Positions 24,339 through 33,995 of a stretch of 61,028 nt of DNA are shown here, in pieces. Source of the stretch: a virus (lineage: Duplodnaviria; Caudoviricetes); the IMG/VR virus record IMGVR_UViG_3300034272_001471, positions 1 to 61,028 of that record. One strand, written 5' to 3'. The translations under genes and the position numbers were made by a program. Each line of letters starts with the position of its first letter. Position 1 is the first letter of the stretch. The notes below the pieces were generated by a model. The model worked only from the letters and a program-made list of their open reading frames with translations, was not told the DNA's origin and did no database searches.

Positions 24339-25841
24339 TCAGGCCGGTTGTCGCTCACGCCTTCTCTCCCTTTCACGCACAAAAAGGTTCCGCACCCAGC
24401 CCTTAGTGGTGGTGGATGCCCATCGCAGATACCAGTCAGGCAGGGTGTTCATCATTCGGCCGGCGAACTTCCCCTTGAGCGGGTTCATATACGTGCCGGC
24501 GTTCCGCCGCCCTTCGCCCGGCTCAAAGAACTCCCCCTGCACCGTGCCCTTAGCCTGCCCACGCATGGCCTTCCGCCGGGCTTCGATCTCCTGGGCAGCC
24601 AGCCGGCGCTCCAGCTCCTGTTGAGCAAGGGCATCCATCGCCTCCGGAGTCAGGGGCTCTTCCGCTTGGGCCGCCGCCTTCTTGACGACCTTCTTAACGT
24701 CCTCGTCGGCCGTGACGAACATGTCCACGGCTGTGACCAATCGGTGGTCAAGGCTTGCATCCGTGCAGTCAACAATTTTGAAACGAGGCTTTCCCGAAGC
24801 TGCGATGCGTGCAATACGACCGGCGGGATCCGAGCCCTCGTAGTCAACAACTCCGGGGAGAGGACGAGTGGCTCGGCCAACGCATTGGAGCCAGAAGGAT
24901 CTGGACTTAGTTGGTCGGCCAAGGATGAGGGTGGCTGTTGGCGGAAAATCGAAACCAACGGCAACAACTTGGCAATTGACAAGAACCTTCGCCTGTCCAT
25001 TCTTGAAACTCCTGAGTGCCTCCTGCCGCTCTTCTTCGGGCTGGGTGCCGTACACGTACACGGCCGGGATCCCGTAGTTGTTGACGAGGTAGTGGCAGAC
25101 GCCCTTGGCTGATGCGACCGATGGTGTAAAGACAACGGTCGGCCCCTCCATCTCCTCCTTGGTGATCAGGGCAATGCGATGAAGGTTGGCCTCCTTCTCA
25201 ACGGCGTGCTGCAGTTGCGCCTGGTTGAAATCCCCGCCGCTGACGCTGACCTCAGACAGATCCAGGTCTGGCACGCGGGCCAACTTCCAGACAGGGGGCG
25301 CGGCCCAGCCATTGGCGATAGCCCACTGCACATCCAGGTTGCAGATCTCGCGCTCGTAGTAGTCCCGCATCGGGGTGCCGTCCATGCGGAACGGCGTGGC
25401 GGTGAACCCGGCCACCATGGCACCGCGGTCATTGAACCAGCGGAACATCTCCAAGCATGCCGGGCTGAACTGCATGTGGGCCTCGTCCACAATCACCAGA
25501 CTGACATCCGTAAACTTCTTGTACCGGCCGCGGATCAGCGTCTGCTTGCAGCCGACGATCACCTTTGGCGACCACCACTCGTTCTCGGTGTATCGGTACT
25601 CGCCCATCTCCAATGCCGGGTCCATGCCGATCACTTCCCGCACCTTGTCTGCGGCCTGCCAGACCAGCTCGCGAAGCGGCGGCATGATCAACGTCTTGCC
25701 CTCCGTTCGATTCGCCATCTCAACAAACATGACGGTCTTGCCGCCGCCCGTGAACACGCCCGTCAGCGTGGACTTGGCGCCTTCGGCCTTGGCCCGCATG
25801 TTCGCTTCAACGATGGTGCTTTGGTAATCGCGTAGTTGCAT
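24339..25841 (-). CDS. SF2 DEAD/DEAH-box helicase (Res-subunit-like)
   Basis: LRDYQ, TGGGKT, IVDEAH, TATPFR, GFDFP, QCVGRATR. Confidence 0.92.
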   Translation of the reverse strand: MQLRDYQSTIVEANMRAKAEGAKSTLTGVFTGGGKTVMFVEMANRTEGKTLIMPPLRELVWQAADKVREVIGMDPALEMGEYRYTENEWWSPKVIVGCKQTLIRGRYKKFTDVSLVIVDEAHMQFSPACLEMFRWFNDRGAMVAGFTATPFRMDGTPMRDYYEREICNLDVQWAIANGWAAPPVWKLARVPDLDLSEVSVSGGDFNQAQLQHAVEKEANLHRIALITKEEMEGPTVVFTPSVASAKGVCHYLVNNYGIPAVYVYGTQPEEERQEALRSFKNGQAKVLVNCQVVAVGFDFPPTATLILGRPTKSRSFWLQCVGRATRPLPGVVDYEGSDPAGRIARIAASGKPRFKIVDCTDASLDHRLVTAVDMFVTADEDVKKVVKKAAAQAEEPLTPEAMDALAQQELERRLAAQEIEARRKAMRGQAKGTVQGEFFEPGEGRRNAGTYMNPLKGKFAGRMMNTLPDWYLRWASTTTKGWVRNLFVRERERRRERQPA

Positions 25842-25918
25842 GTCAGTTCTCCTCCGAGAGGGGCCAGGGGCGGAGTGGAGGGGGCTCCGCCCCTGGCGGC
25901 GCGATACGCGCCTCTCGG

Positions 25919-26245
25919 TCAGGCAAAGTCTCCGGCCATCTCGGGCTTCTTACCGCCGATCAACTGCAGGGAGCGGACCCGCACAATCATCTTGCTCCTC
26001 TGCTGACCGTCCTTCTCCCACCGCTGCGTCTGCAGTTCGCCTTCGACCAGCACCGGCGTGCCCTTGGCCACGTACGCCAGCGCCCCGTTGGGCTTCCACC
26101 ACTCAACGTCGAAGTACTCCACGGAATCCTTGTAGCCATTCACAGCAATGGAAAACTTTGCCACGGCATTGCCAGCCTCAAACTCCCGGATGTCGGGGTC
26201 CTTGGTTACATTGCCCATCGCGATCAACTTCTGAAAACCAGCCAT
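25919..26245 (-). CDS. ssb: Single-stranded DNA-binding protein
   Basis: GNVTKDP, FSIAVN, KGTPVLVEGELQT.RWEKDGQQRS. Confidence 0.9.
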   Translation of the reverse strand: MAGFQKLIAMGNVTKDPDIREFEAGNAVAKFSIAVNGYKDSVEYFDVEWWKPNGALAYVAKGTPVLVEGELQTQRWEKDGQQRSKMIVRVRSLQLIGGKKPEMAGDFA

Positions 26246-26247
26246 AG

Positions 26248-26877
26248 TCACTCCTCCTTCTTCCAGACCTTGTTGAACTCCTGCTCACACCGCTTGTACA
26301 CCTCGGGAGCAACCGCTCGCTCCTTCGCCCTCAGTCGGACGGTGTCCAAGTGTTTCTGCGCCGCCGCAATGTCCGGGGCGGTTGCGATAGCCTTCTTAGC
26401 CTCCGCCTCGTACTGCAGGGTCTTGGCGTGATTGGCCGGCGGGGCTGGCTCGGGCTGCGAGACACTCTGCCCGTCGTCGTCCGCCTCGCCACTAAACCCT
26501 CCAGCCAAGGCCATCAGCAGCGTCCGTTTCGCATATGTCATCGCAGCACCGAAGGACTGCATGTCGGCCTTGCCCATCAACAGCGGAGCGATGGCAGAGA
26601 TCCACTCACCGCTCTGGTGCCGCAGGGTGCCCATGACGATCCACTGATTGCCGATCAGGCCCGGCCGGAAATCCGGCAGACTGATACCCTGCTTCGTCAG
26701 CGGGCCTCGCAGCGCCTCACAGCAGGCCGCATACGAGGCGAACTTGCTGCGAAAGTGCGGGTTGGCACTGTCGTACTTCACGGTCGGGTAGTCGGCCTGG
26801 GCTGCCGCCAGGGCTTTCGTCAACTGGCCGGTGGCGGGCGAGCCGCTCGGCCCCAAGATCATGTTGCTGTCGTTCAT
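26248..26877 (-). CDS. erf: ERF-family single-strand annealing protein
   Basis: NPHFRSKFAS, LRHQSGEWI, QSFGAAMTYAKR, DDDG. Confidence 0.85.
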   Translation of the reverse strand: MNDSNMILGPSGSPATGQLTKALAAAQADYPTVKYDSANPHFRSKFASYAACCEALRGPLTKQGISLPDFRPGLIGNQWIVMGTLRHQSGEWISAIAPLLMGKADMQSFGAAMTYAKRTLLMALAGGFSGEADDDGQSVSQPEPAPPANHAKTLQYEAEAKKAIATAPDIAAAQKHLDTVRLRAKERAVAPEVYKRCEQEFNKVWKKEE

Positions 26878-27731
26878 AGAACCACCACCTCCTCCTGCTT
26901 CCGGGCCCACCGCGGGATCTCCAGCTCCTGAATCTCTCCGCTATCCAGCGGCAGATAGGAGCCGGTCGAACGACGCAGCCGGACCTCCTCCATCACACTG
27001 AGCAAACGCTGCCCAGCCTCCTCAATAAAGGCAGCCGGCAGGCGAAACACCCGGCACTGATACGGCGGGATCGTCTGCACAAAGACGAACGGCATGCTGA
27101 ACTGCGGCCACCCAACCTCCATGGCCCCGCGGCAGTACAGCCACGCCTGCTCTGCGTACCCGTACGAACACACGCTCTTGGGCAAAAGCTCCCACGGCTG
27201 GGAGGTGGTCTTCAGATCCCACCAAAGTTCATCCGTGACAGCGTCGGGCCGAACCTTCAGCTTGTGGCCGTTCTCCTCCTGCCAGAACACCGACATCTGC
27301 GTCTCGGTGGTCGCGTCAAACAGCGACTTGGCCGCCCGGTTATAAAACGCATTGTGCGTCATCTGCCGGTAGACCCACGCCTGATCCTCCGTGCAGCAGA
27401 TCCCAGTCTGCTCGGCAGCCCACTCCTTGTACGCCTTGGTGTTTCTGGAGCCGTTGGCCCCCAGCACGCCCTCCGGTGCAACGCAGACCAGCTCGTCGAA
27501 CAACTGCCCGGCCACCATCCCGGTCAGCAGCCGGTCGAACTCGTCCCCAGTCCTGGTGGCCGAACTGCCGGCAAACATCGACTGGCCATTGTCCATCCAC
27601 AACTGTGCCTCCCCGCCGCCCCTCGCCACCTGACAGAGGTACGACCGGCTGTCAAACGTCTTGTTGCCGTGGTACGCGGCATTGGACATGCCGACGATCT
27701 TGACCGGCCCCTTCGATACATCGATGTTCAT
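26874..27731 (-). CDS. RecE/exonuclease VIII-like PD-(D/E)XK exonuclease
   Basis: MSNAAYH, KVRPD, DLKTT, YGYAEQAWLY, FVFVQT.PPY. Confidence 0.82.
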   Translation of the reverse strand: MNIDVSKGPVKIVGMSNAAYHGNKTFDSRSYLCQVARGGGEAQLWMDNGQSMFAGSSATRTGDEFDRLLTGMVAGQLFDELVCVAPEGVLGANGSRNTKAYKEWAAEQTGICCTEDQAWVYRQMTHNAFYNRAAKSLFDATTETQMSVFWQEENGHKLKVRPDAVTDELWWDLKTTSQPWELLPKSVCSYGYAEQAWLYCRGAMEVGWPQFSMPFVFVQTIPPYQCRVFRLPAAFIEEAGQRLLSVMEEVRLRRSTGSYLPLDSGEIQELEIPRWARKQEEVVVL

Positions 27732-27931
27732 TTGTACACCTCCGCTTGTGAAAAAGCCCATCCGTGGGCACATGCCATCCTTGTGTTTAGCGCCCGCCCC
27801 GGAACGCTTCGCGAAACTGTCCAACGACCAGAAGGCCGAGACAGAGCTCCCACCTGTGCAGCCAGATGCACAGGGTCAGGCCAGCCAGATAGGCGACCTT
27901 TAAGATTGGGGCGGCCGATTCGCAGAGGGCG

Positions 27932-27966
27932 ATGAGGCGGCTGCTAACCAACTGAGCTAGCTGCCC
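27932..27966 (-). pseudogene. tRNA 5'-half remnant (CAT anticodon, Met/Ile2-like); candidate attP
   Basis: Minus strand GGGCAGC-TAGCTCAGTTGGTTAG-CAGCCGCCTCAT; no T-arm. Confidence 0.55.
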
Positions 27967-28047
27967 GGATGTTTGACCGTACCGCTTTTGCGGGGGGTTC
28001 CCACCGTGACGAAGGCTGCTAGAAAAGCCCCTCTCTTGAGGTGCAAC

Positions 28048-28875
28048 ATGACGCTCATCGACTTGGCCCGGCAGTACCACAACAGAGTCGGCGGATCGCC
28101 CGGCTACCTGGAGCAGTTGGAGTGCTTCGTTCGACGGCTTCCATGGAAGGCCGCTGAACTCTCTCCAGACAGGATCGATGCCTACCTGACTGACGCGCTG
28201 CGACATTTGGCTCCCTCCACTGTCTGCAACCACCGAAAAATGCTGCGTTGCCTGCTGCATTTCGCCGCCGAGACGCGGCTTGTGGACGGCAATATACTCC
28301 GGCCTCTGCGAAAGGTCAAGCGAAATCCGCCGAACCCAAGAGCGTGGAGTCACACGGAGATTCGGTGCCTTTTGGATGTCGCCGCCAAATTGGTTGGTGG
28401 TCGGAAGTGCCCGCGGAGCCTGCTCGCTAGGGCATGGATTCTGGTGGGCTACAGCACCGGGCTGCGACTTGATGACTTGCTGTCGATTCGCCATGACCAA
28501 ATCCGTGGCCAGAGGTTGTGCCCAAGCCAACGCAAGGTCGGCCATCCGCATGTCTGCTGGCTGGATGACCTCGCCATGGCAGCCATACGCGAGCTGCCAG
28601 TGCTTGGGCCGCGTATCTTTGGCGATCTGATCTGCCGAGACAAGGCCATGGCCATGATGCGGCAGATTGTCCGGACGGCCGGCCTGCCTGGATCAACGAA
28701 GTTTCTGCGGCGCAGCGGTGCAACCTACTGCGAGATCGCCGGCAAGGACGCCAGTGGACACTTAGGACACCGGACGCCCAACATGAAAGCCTACTACGTT
28801 GACAGGCTCTTGCTGGCCGAAGAAAAGAAGCAGGAGCCGACGACGCTGCCCCTAGTTCTGGCGGACCAGCCCTAG
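28048..28875 (+). CDS. Tyrosine recombinase/integrase
   Basis: TGLR, QRK, KFLRRSGAT (HxxR variant), LGH, YY; GAGG SD. Confidence 0.85.
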   Translation: MTLIDLARQYHNRVGGSPGYLEQLECFVRRLPWKAAELSPDRIDAYLTDALRHLAPSTVCNHRKMLRCLLHFAAETRLVDGNILRPLRKVKRNPPNPRAWSHTEIRCLLDVAAKLVGGRKCPRSLLARAWILVGYSTGLRLDDLLSIRHDQIRGQRLCPSQRKVGHPHVCWLDDLAMAAIRELPVLGPRIFGDLICRDKAMAMMRQIVRTAGLPGSTKFLRRSGATYCEIAGKDASGHLGHRTPNMKAYYVDRLLLAEEKKQEPTTLPLVLADQP

Positions 28876-31800
28876 CGCTTCCAGCGGGTCCATGGCCGCC
28901 TTCTTCTTCTCTCGGGACCGCTTGGCTGCCTCGGACTGGATGATTTTGTACAAGAGGTACAGGTCGCGCTGCTCTTGCGGCATGCCACGCAGAACATCCT
29001 CTGGGACGGTGATGTTCTCGTAGGTTCGCACGCCGGGCGTTGTCTCTAGCATCTGATTCAGCATGTCGCGGGCCGCCTGCCGCCGGGCCTTGTTCTGGTC
29101 GATGTCAGTGATGCTGCCCAGCCCCAAAAGGTTGAACACCGTCTTGGCTGCCTTCTCCCCCGTGGAAAGTCGGTCGTCGGTCGCCTGCCGGTAGAGGCCA
29201 AGGGCCCGCGATCCGCCTGGGACGAAGTTGACTGCGAGTTGCTCAAGCGGTCGTCCGATCTCGCCCAGGTCACGCTCCAGCACGGAGTACAGGTCGTTGA
29301 GCTCGCGGCCGGAATAGAGCTGCTTGCCGGTGAAATACTCAATCGGGGCTTTGATGACCGGGCTGGTCATGCCGAGCAGGTTCGACCCCGTCTTGCGAAT
29401 GGTGTCCGCAACCTTGGCTGTGGTGGTGGCCCCCACGCCTGGAGTGAACATCTGGAAAAACGACCCCCACGGCGGATCCAGATTTGTGAGGTAGCGTTGC
29501 AATTCGGGATTGTCGCCCCCCCAGGCCGCCGGGAGTGGGATCGCCGCCGACCTCCGCATATGCTCGGGGACGAAGTTGTCCTCGCTGGGCTCCGCCAGCC
29601 GGTTCATAGCCCTGATGCCCTGCCCCTGCAACTGGCCTGGGCGGTACAGCAGGTTGTTCATGATGGACGGCACAATGCCCTTCTGGAAACTGTAGAAGGG
29701 GATGGCCTTCTTCAGGCCGCGCTCAAAGCTGGTGAACGCCTGCGGGCTGTAGTCCACCTGACTGAGCCGCACTAGGTCGGCTGCCTCCCCGGGATCCACG
29801 CCCTTGCGGATCTGGTTGAGGAATGTGCCGCCGCGGAGGGCGTCTTCCACCGACGACCCTACGGCGTCGTTGAGGACGAGCATCGGGTTCTTGTTGCGAG
29901 CGGCCGGGCGCTTCCGCCAGCCCACGCCCCGGACGGTTGCGAAGTCGTTGAGGAAGTCCTTCCACTGCTGGCCCGTGGTGCGAGTGCCAGGGGTGCCGGT
30001 GCGGTTTGTATTCCAGAACGCCTGCCCGACACTCGGCCCATCGCCTGCCCCAAGCCAGCCGCCACGGATGGACTGCTCGGGCAGCCCCGCCTCAAAGTCC
30101 GTGAACTGCCCGCCGCCGATGCGGTTGGAGGCTGTGAGGTCCATGAACCGGGCGACCCGCTGCTCTGGCGTCAGGTTGGCAAACCCAGGAGCCGTCGCCA
30201 GCCGGCGGGCTAGGGCGTCGGTGTTCCCCTGGGATGCCCGCCATGCTGCCCACATGTCCAGAGGATTGAAGGCGCCGAACGTGCTGGCGTTGATGGCGCC
30301 GGAGTACGTGTTCCTGGTGTGGAACGCCGGGGCTGCCAGCGCTCCAACCTTCCATGCACTGAGGAACTGGTCGTAGGCGTTCATCGCCCCACGCTCAACG
30401 TCGCCAAGTTGCGAGGAGCGAGCGACCGTAGCCATCTCGTCCACCAGCCGCTCCGGGACGGCCTGTGTCGCGGCGTCCATTCCGTACTGCCGCTGGAACA
30501 TGTCGGCAAAATTGTCTTGGTCAAACTTCAGAGTCTTGGCAGCGTCCAGCAGGCGGACCATGCCATCCACCGGCCCGTCAGGCCCGATGGCCAGTGAGGA
30601 CTCCCGGAGTCTGGGGACAAGCCGGCTGGCATTCGCAAGGGCTCGTCTTTGGCCCCGGTCGTACCGCTGGAAGATATTCCAGCCGGCGGAGTCGAAGATG
30701 CCGGTGTTGGTGCGGGCGAACTGCTGGTCCGACCCACGCAAGAGATTGACGAGCTTGTCCTGCCTCTCGGCCAGCTCATCTTGCAGCGGCTTCATCAACA
30801 CAGCGCGTTCAGCAGGCGACGATGCGAGGTAGGTGGGATCCCGCAGCAGGGCGTCGATCTTCTCGCGGAACGGCAGGTCTACGCCGATCTGCTGGAAGGC
30901 GTCGTCCAAGATGCCCCGTGCCGGAGTATTGCCCGCAGCGATGAGACGGCGCTGCAGATCAGCCGCGTCGAAGTCCGCTCCGCCCAGCAGGCCGCGTTGT
31001 GTGCCCGCATCAAAGTCCATCGCCCGCCCGCCGGTCAGCATGCGGAAGGTCCGCTGCCCGCCGGGAATGTCGGTGTACGCATGTCGGCTGCGATCGAAGT
31101 TGTCTGCCGTATCCAAGACGGTCGATCCGCGTGCCCATGGCTTTTCGACCCGCGGCGAAGCGTTTGGAACAGGGGTTCCGCCCCATGAGGGGAGCGGTGA
31201 TGTCAGCCGCTCTGGGTCTTCAAAGTTGTCCCACCACTTCAATTGGCGAGGGAAGAACGAAGTACCGGACGCCCCCTTCCAGTTGCGATCTGGCAGGCCG
31301 GCGCGAACCGCTTCAGTCCTGAGTGACTGCACACGGTTGACATACTCGTCGCGGATGCCCCGGAACTCCGGGACGTTCTCCAGCACCCAGTCGGCAATGT
31401 CGTTGCCAGAGGTCCGGCCAAGCGGCGATCCTGTCAGCGTCGGCCCTTGGAAGACTGGCGACTCCGCGTAGTCCACCAACGCCCGCTGCGTGTCCTTGCC
31501 GGTGAACCGCCGCAGCGTCTCGGGGATGTTGGTTGGAACCCCAGCCGCCCCTGCCGCACGCAGGGAGGCTGCGACCTCCTCGGCATCGACGTTCGACGCC
31601 TCCCGCTGCAGCCGGCCCAGCAGCAACTGCCTCGCCTCTTCGCCGCGGTCGAAGTCCCTCCTGGCAATCCTCGCATCCCACTGCAAGTCGGGGTTCAGCG
31701 TCCCGCCGGACGGTGCATGAAAGCCGGCATACAGGCGGTTGACCACGGGGGCCGTGTATGGATTGCGCTTGGACGCCTCGCCAAGCGTGTCCAGCTTGTC

Positions 31801-32592
31801 CGCGGCCCAGTCGCCAAACTGCTGGCCGAAGACATCGGTGTTGAACCCAATGTTGGTGCCCGGGATGCGGACATCCATCAGCCCGGCCGCGCGACCAGTC
31901 ATGTCGGTCGGATCGACGCCATACCTCCGGGCCTGCTGTTGATAGCGGGCGAGCGACTCCGACCGAGCGGCGGGGTCAGCGATCTCGGCCAGCGCCTGAT
32001 CGGGAGTCAGTTTCCGCAGGTGGCGACGAATGCCCATCATCGGGGCCCGCCCGGCACCGGCAGTCGTTCCCTCCCACGCAGCCTCGGCCGCATTCCGCAG
32101 CAGGCCGGCGCCCTTCATCGCCTTGCCGGTTGGCGACAATGCCCCCCGGCCCAGGATGGCCAGCGGGTTCATGTAAGTCATAGGGTCCAAAAGGACCTCG
32201 GCCGCCAAAGACCCCGTGAAGTTGCCCCATGTGTCCTTGTCGCCCACCATGCCGTACTGGCGCAGCAGGTCGCGACCGCTCACCCGCTCGTCGCTGGTGC
32301 CCAGGAACGACAGAGGCTTGCCGGCCAGGATGCCGCGGACCAAAGACCCGGGCGTATCCAGGAGCCAGCCGGCAGCGGCAAGGCCAGAGGACCCCACCTG
32401 GGCCAGCGAGTTGAGCATGCTGCTCTTCTGCTCGGCCGGCATGAGGTCGGCAATGGTGGCCTTCTGGCGAGGAAGCTCCGCCAGCCCCAGCAGTGCGATC
32501 TCATCTTCGTCACGCGGCAGCATCCCCATCTCGGCCTGCTGCTGCAGGACGCCGTACGGATCGTACAGATCAAAGAGTGGGGAGCGAGCCAT
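28852..32592 (-). CDS. Large internal virion/ejection protein (putative)
   Basis: 1246 aa at the end of the structural operon; helical/Gly-Ala-rich; FYSFQK-type C-terminal region. Confidence 0.6.
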   Translation of the reverse strand: MARSPLFDLYDPYGVLQQQAEMGMLPRDEDEIALLGLAELPRQKATIADLMPAEQKSSMLNSLAQVGSSGLAAAGWLLDTPGSLVRGILAGKPLSFLGTSDERVSGRDLLRQYGMVGDKDTWGNFTGSLAAEVLLDPMTYMNPLAILGRGALSPTGKAMKGAGLLRNAAEAAWEGTTAGAGRAPMMGIRRHLRKLTPDQALAEIADPAARSESLARYQQQARRYGVDPTDMTGRAAGLMDVRIPGTNIGFNTDVFGQQFGDWAADKLDTLGEASKRNPYTAPVVNRLYAGFHAPSGGTLNPDLQWDARIARRDFDRGEEARQLLLGRLQREASNVDAEEVAASLRAAGAAGVPTNIPETLRRFTGKDTQRALVDYAESPVFQGPTLTGSPLGRTSGNDIADWVLENVPEFRGIRDEYVNRVQSLRTEAVRAGLPDRNWKGASGTSFFPRQLKWWDNFEDPERLTSPLPSWGGTPVPNASPRVEKPWARGSTVLDTADNFDRSRHAYTDIPGGQRTFRMLTGGRAMDFDAGTQRGLLGGADFDAADLQRRLIAAGNTPARGILDDAFQQIGVDLPFREKIDALLRDPTYLASSPAERAVLMKPLQDELAERQDKLVNLLRGSDQQFARTNTGIFDSAGWNIFQRYDRGQRRALANASRLVPRLRESSLAIGPDGPVDGMVRLLDAAKTLKFDQDNFADMFQRQYGMDAATQAVPERLVDEMATVARSSQLGDVERGAMNAYDQFLSAWKVGALAAPAFHTRNTYSGAINASTFGAFNPLDMWAAWRASQGNTDALARRLATAPGFANLTPEQRVARFMDLTASNRIGGGQFTDFEAGLPEQSIRGGWLGAGDGPSVGQAFWNTNRTGTPGTRTTGQQWKDFLNDFATVRGVGWRKRPAARNKNPMLVLNDAVGSSVEDALRGGTFLNQIRKGVDPGEAADLVRLSQVDYSPQAFTSFERGLKKAIPFYSFQKGIVPSIMNNLLYRPGQLQGQGIRAMNRLAEPSEDNFVPEHMRRSAAIPLPAAWGGDNPELQRYLTNLDPPWGSFFQMFTPGVGATTTAKVADTIRKTGSNLLGMTSPVIKAPIEYFTGKQLYSGRELNDLYSVLERDLGEIGRPLEQLAVNFVPGGSRALGLYRQATDDRLSTGEKAAKTVFNLLGLGSITDIDQNKARRQAARDMLNQMLETTPGVRTYENITVPEDVLRGMPQEQRDLYLLYKIIQSEAAKRSREKKKAAMDPLEALGLVRQN

Positions 32593-32595
32593 AGG

Positions 32596-33987
32596 CTAGA
32601 TGGCGCCGCCGGTAGGATTGGGCGGTGCTGCCGGAGCGCCCCTCATGCTGCTTCCGCCCCAAGATTCCGCATTCCGCCTGCGGGCAATTTCGTCAACAAT
32701 CTGCTGCGCCTTCGTTGGGGAGTAGCCTTTGTCTTTGACCAAGTGATCGACAGCCTGCTGCTGCTCTGCAAGCGTAAAGTCGCTAGATGTGCCCCACCCC
32801 TTATCAGCAGAGTACAGGCGGGCCACATAGTCATCGGCGTACTGATACTCCGATGGGTGGACGGCGGCGTCCTTTACGTGACGCGCGGCCTGCTGGTCGG
32901 CCGGCAGTTGATTCTCCAGTGACTGGGCCTGGGCGTTGGCGGCGGCCTCTTGGGCAGGGGTCATCGGCTGGAGCCCCCGCCCAAGCGCACCCTGCCGACC
33001 AGCCTCGGCCAACTGCGCCTGTCCTGCCGCCTGCACGCCCAGCGGGTTGGGTCCGAACTGAATCGGGCCGCCACCACGGTTGGCATTCAACGCGGCGTTC
33101 TGCTGGTTCATAATGACCGAAGCCATGTTCGGATCGCTGCCCGCCAATGTCATGGCACCGGCGAAGTTGCCGGCATTCATCATCATCTGAACTCGCCACA
33201 TGTTTTCGCGCTGCTGCGGCGTCGGCTTGCCCTCATTACGCTTGGCCCTGGCGGCAGCGATCAGGTCGCCTCGCGGCATGGCCATGACTTCAGGATCGTT
33301 CGGGTCCAGCCCGGCCTCCCTCGCCCACTGCGGGTGGTAGGTCTGGGACTGCCGCTCAGTCCGCTGCTGGATCCGCCCCCTGGCCCCGATGCCGCCTTCC
33401 ATCGCCAAGTATTCGTCCTGCCTCGCAGCGTCGGCGCGGTCGATCATGCGTGGCGTCCGCGGGACATGGATCGTCCCTCGCTCGTTGGCCGACCGCCACT
33501 TGTCAGCCTCGCCGGGAGCGTAGTTCTCAGCGATGTTGTCGTAGGTCCGCTGCTGTTCGACTGCCTTCTCTGCCGCCCGCGGGTCAGCCTGCGGGATCCG
33601 TCGCGTCTCATACGAACCAGTCCGTGGGTTCCACACCCGCTGCGTGCCGGGCTGGTCGCCGGGCAGCACATCGAACTGTGCCATATCGTTTGGCGCGGCC
33701 GGCGGCTGAGTCTCGGGGGTTGCGGCAGTCGGGCGGTTCTCCCACTCGTCGCGCAGCCTTTGCTGAACGGTTTCAGCGTAGCCAGTCTGCTCCAGGGCGA
33801 TGCGCACGGCTTCGTCGCGATGCATCCCGCGAGCCACCAAGTCCTCCACCATCCCCCCGACCGCGGCTTCGGCCCGCAGCGGCGGCGCGTTCCTCTTCAG
33901 AACGGCAGCCCGCAGGGCGGGATCCGCGGGGAGCGGCGCGCCCGGAGCGCCAGCGAGATTGCTTTCGGGTACGAAGCGGATCGCCAT
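32596..33987 (-). CDS. Putative virion/ejection protein
   Basis: ORF in tightly packed operon; Q/A-rich. Confidence 0.6.
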   Translation of the reverse strand: MAIRFVPESNLAGAPGAPLPADPALRAAVLKRNAPPLRAEAAVGGMVEDLVARGMHRDEAVRIALEQTGYAETVQQRLRDEWENRPTAATPETQPPAAPNDMAQFDVLPGDQPGTQRVWNPRTGSYETRRIPQADPRAAEKAVEQQRTYDNIAENYAPGEADKWRSANERGTIHVPRTPRMIDRADAARQDEYLAMEGGIGARGRIQQRTERQSQTYHPQWAREAGLDPNDPEVMAMPRGDLIAAARAKRNEGKPTPQQRENMWRVQMMMNAGNFAGAMTLAGSDPNMASVIMNQQNAALNANRGGGPIQFGPNPLGVQAAGQAQLAEAGRQGALGRGLQPMTPAQEAAANAQAQSLENQLPADQQAARHVKDAAVHPSEYQYADDYVARLYSADKGWGTSSDFTLAEQQQAVDHLVKDKGYSPTKAQQIVDEIARRRNAESWGGSSMRGAPAAPPNPTGGAI

Positions 33988-33995
33988 CTAGTGCC

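Noticed and set aside
27900-27966. Functional tRNA gene
   Set aside because: No 3' anticodon strand or GTTC T-arm; too short.
28048-28875. Tyrosine recombinase as an integron integrase (IntI)
   Set aside because: It is only 275 aa, has no room for the IntI-specific insertion between the catalytic Lys and HxxR regions, lies about 6 kb from the array, and sits next to a tRNA remnant.
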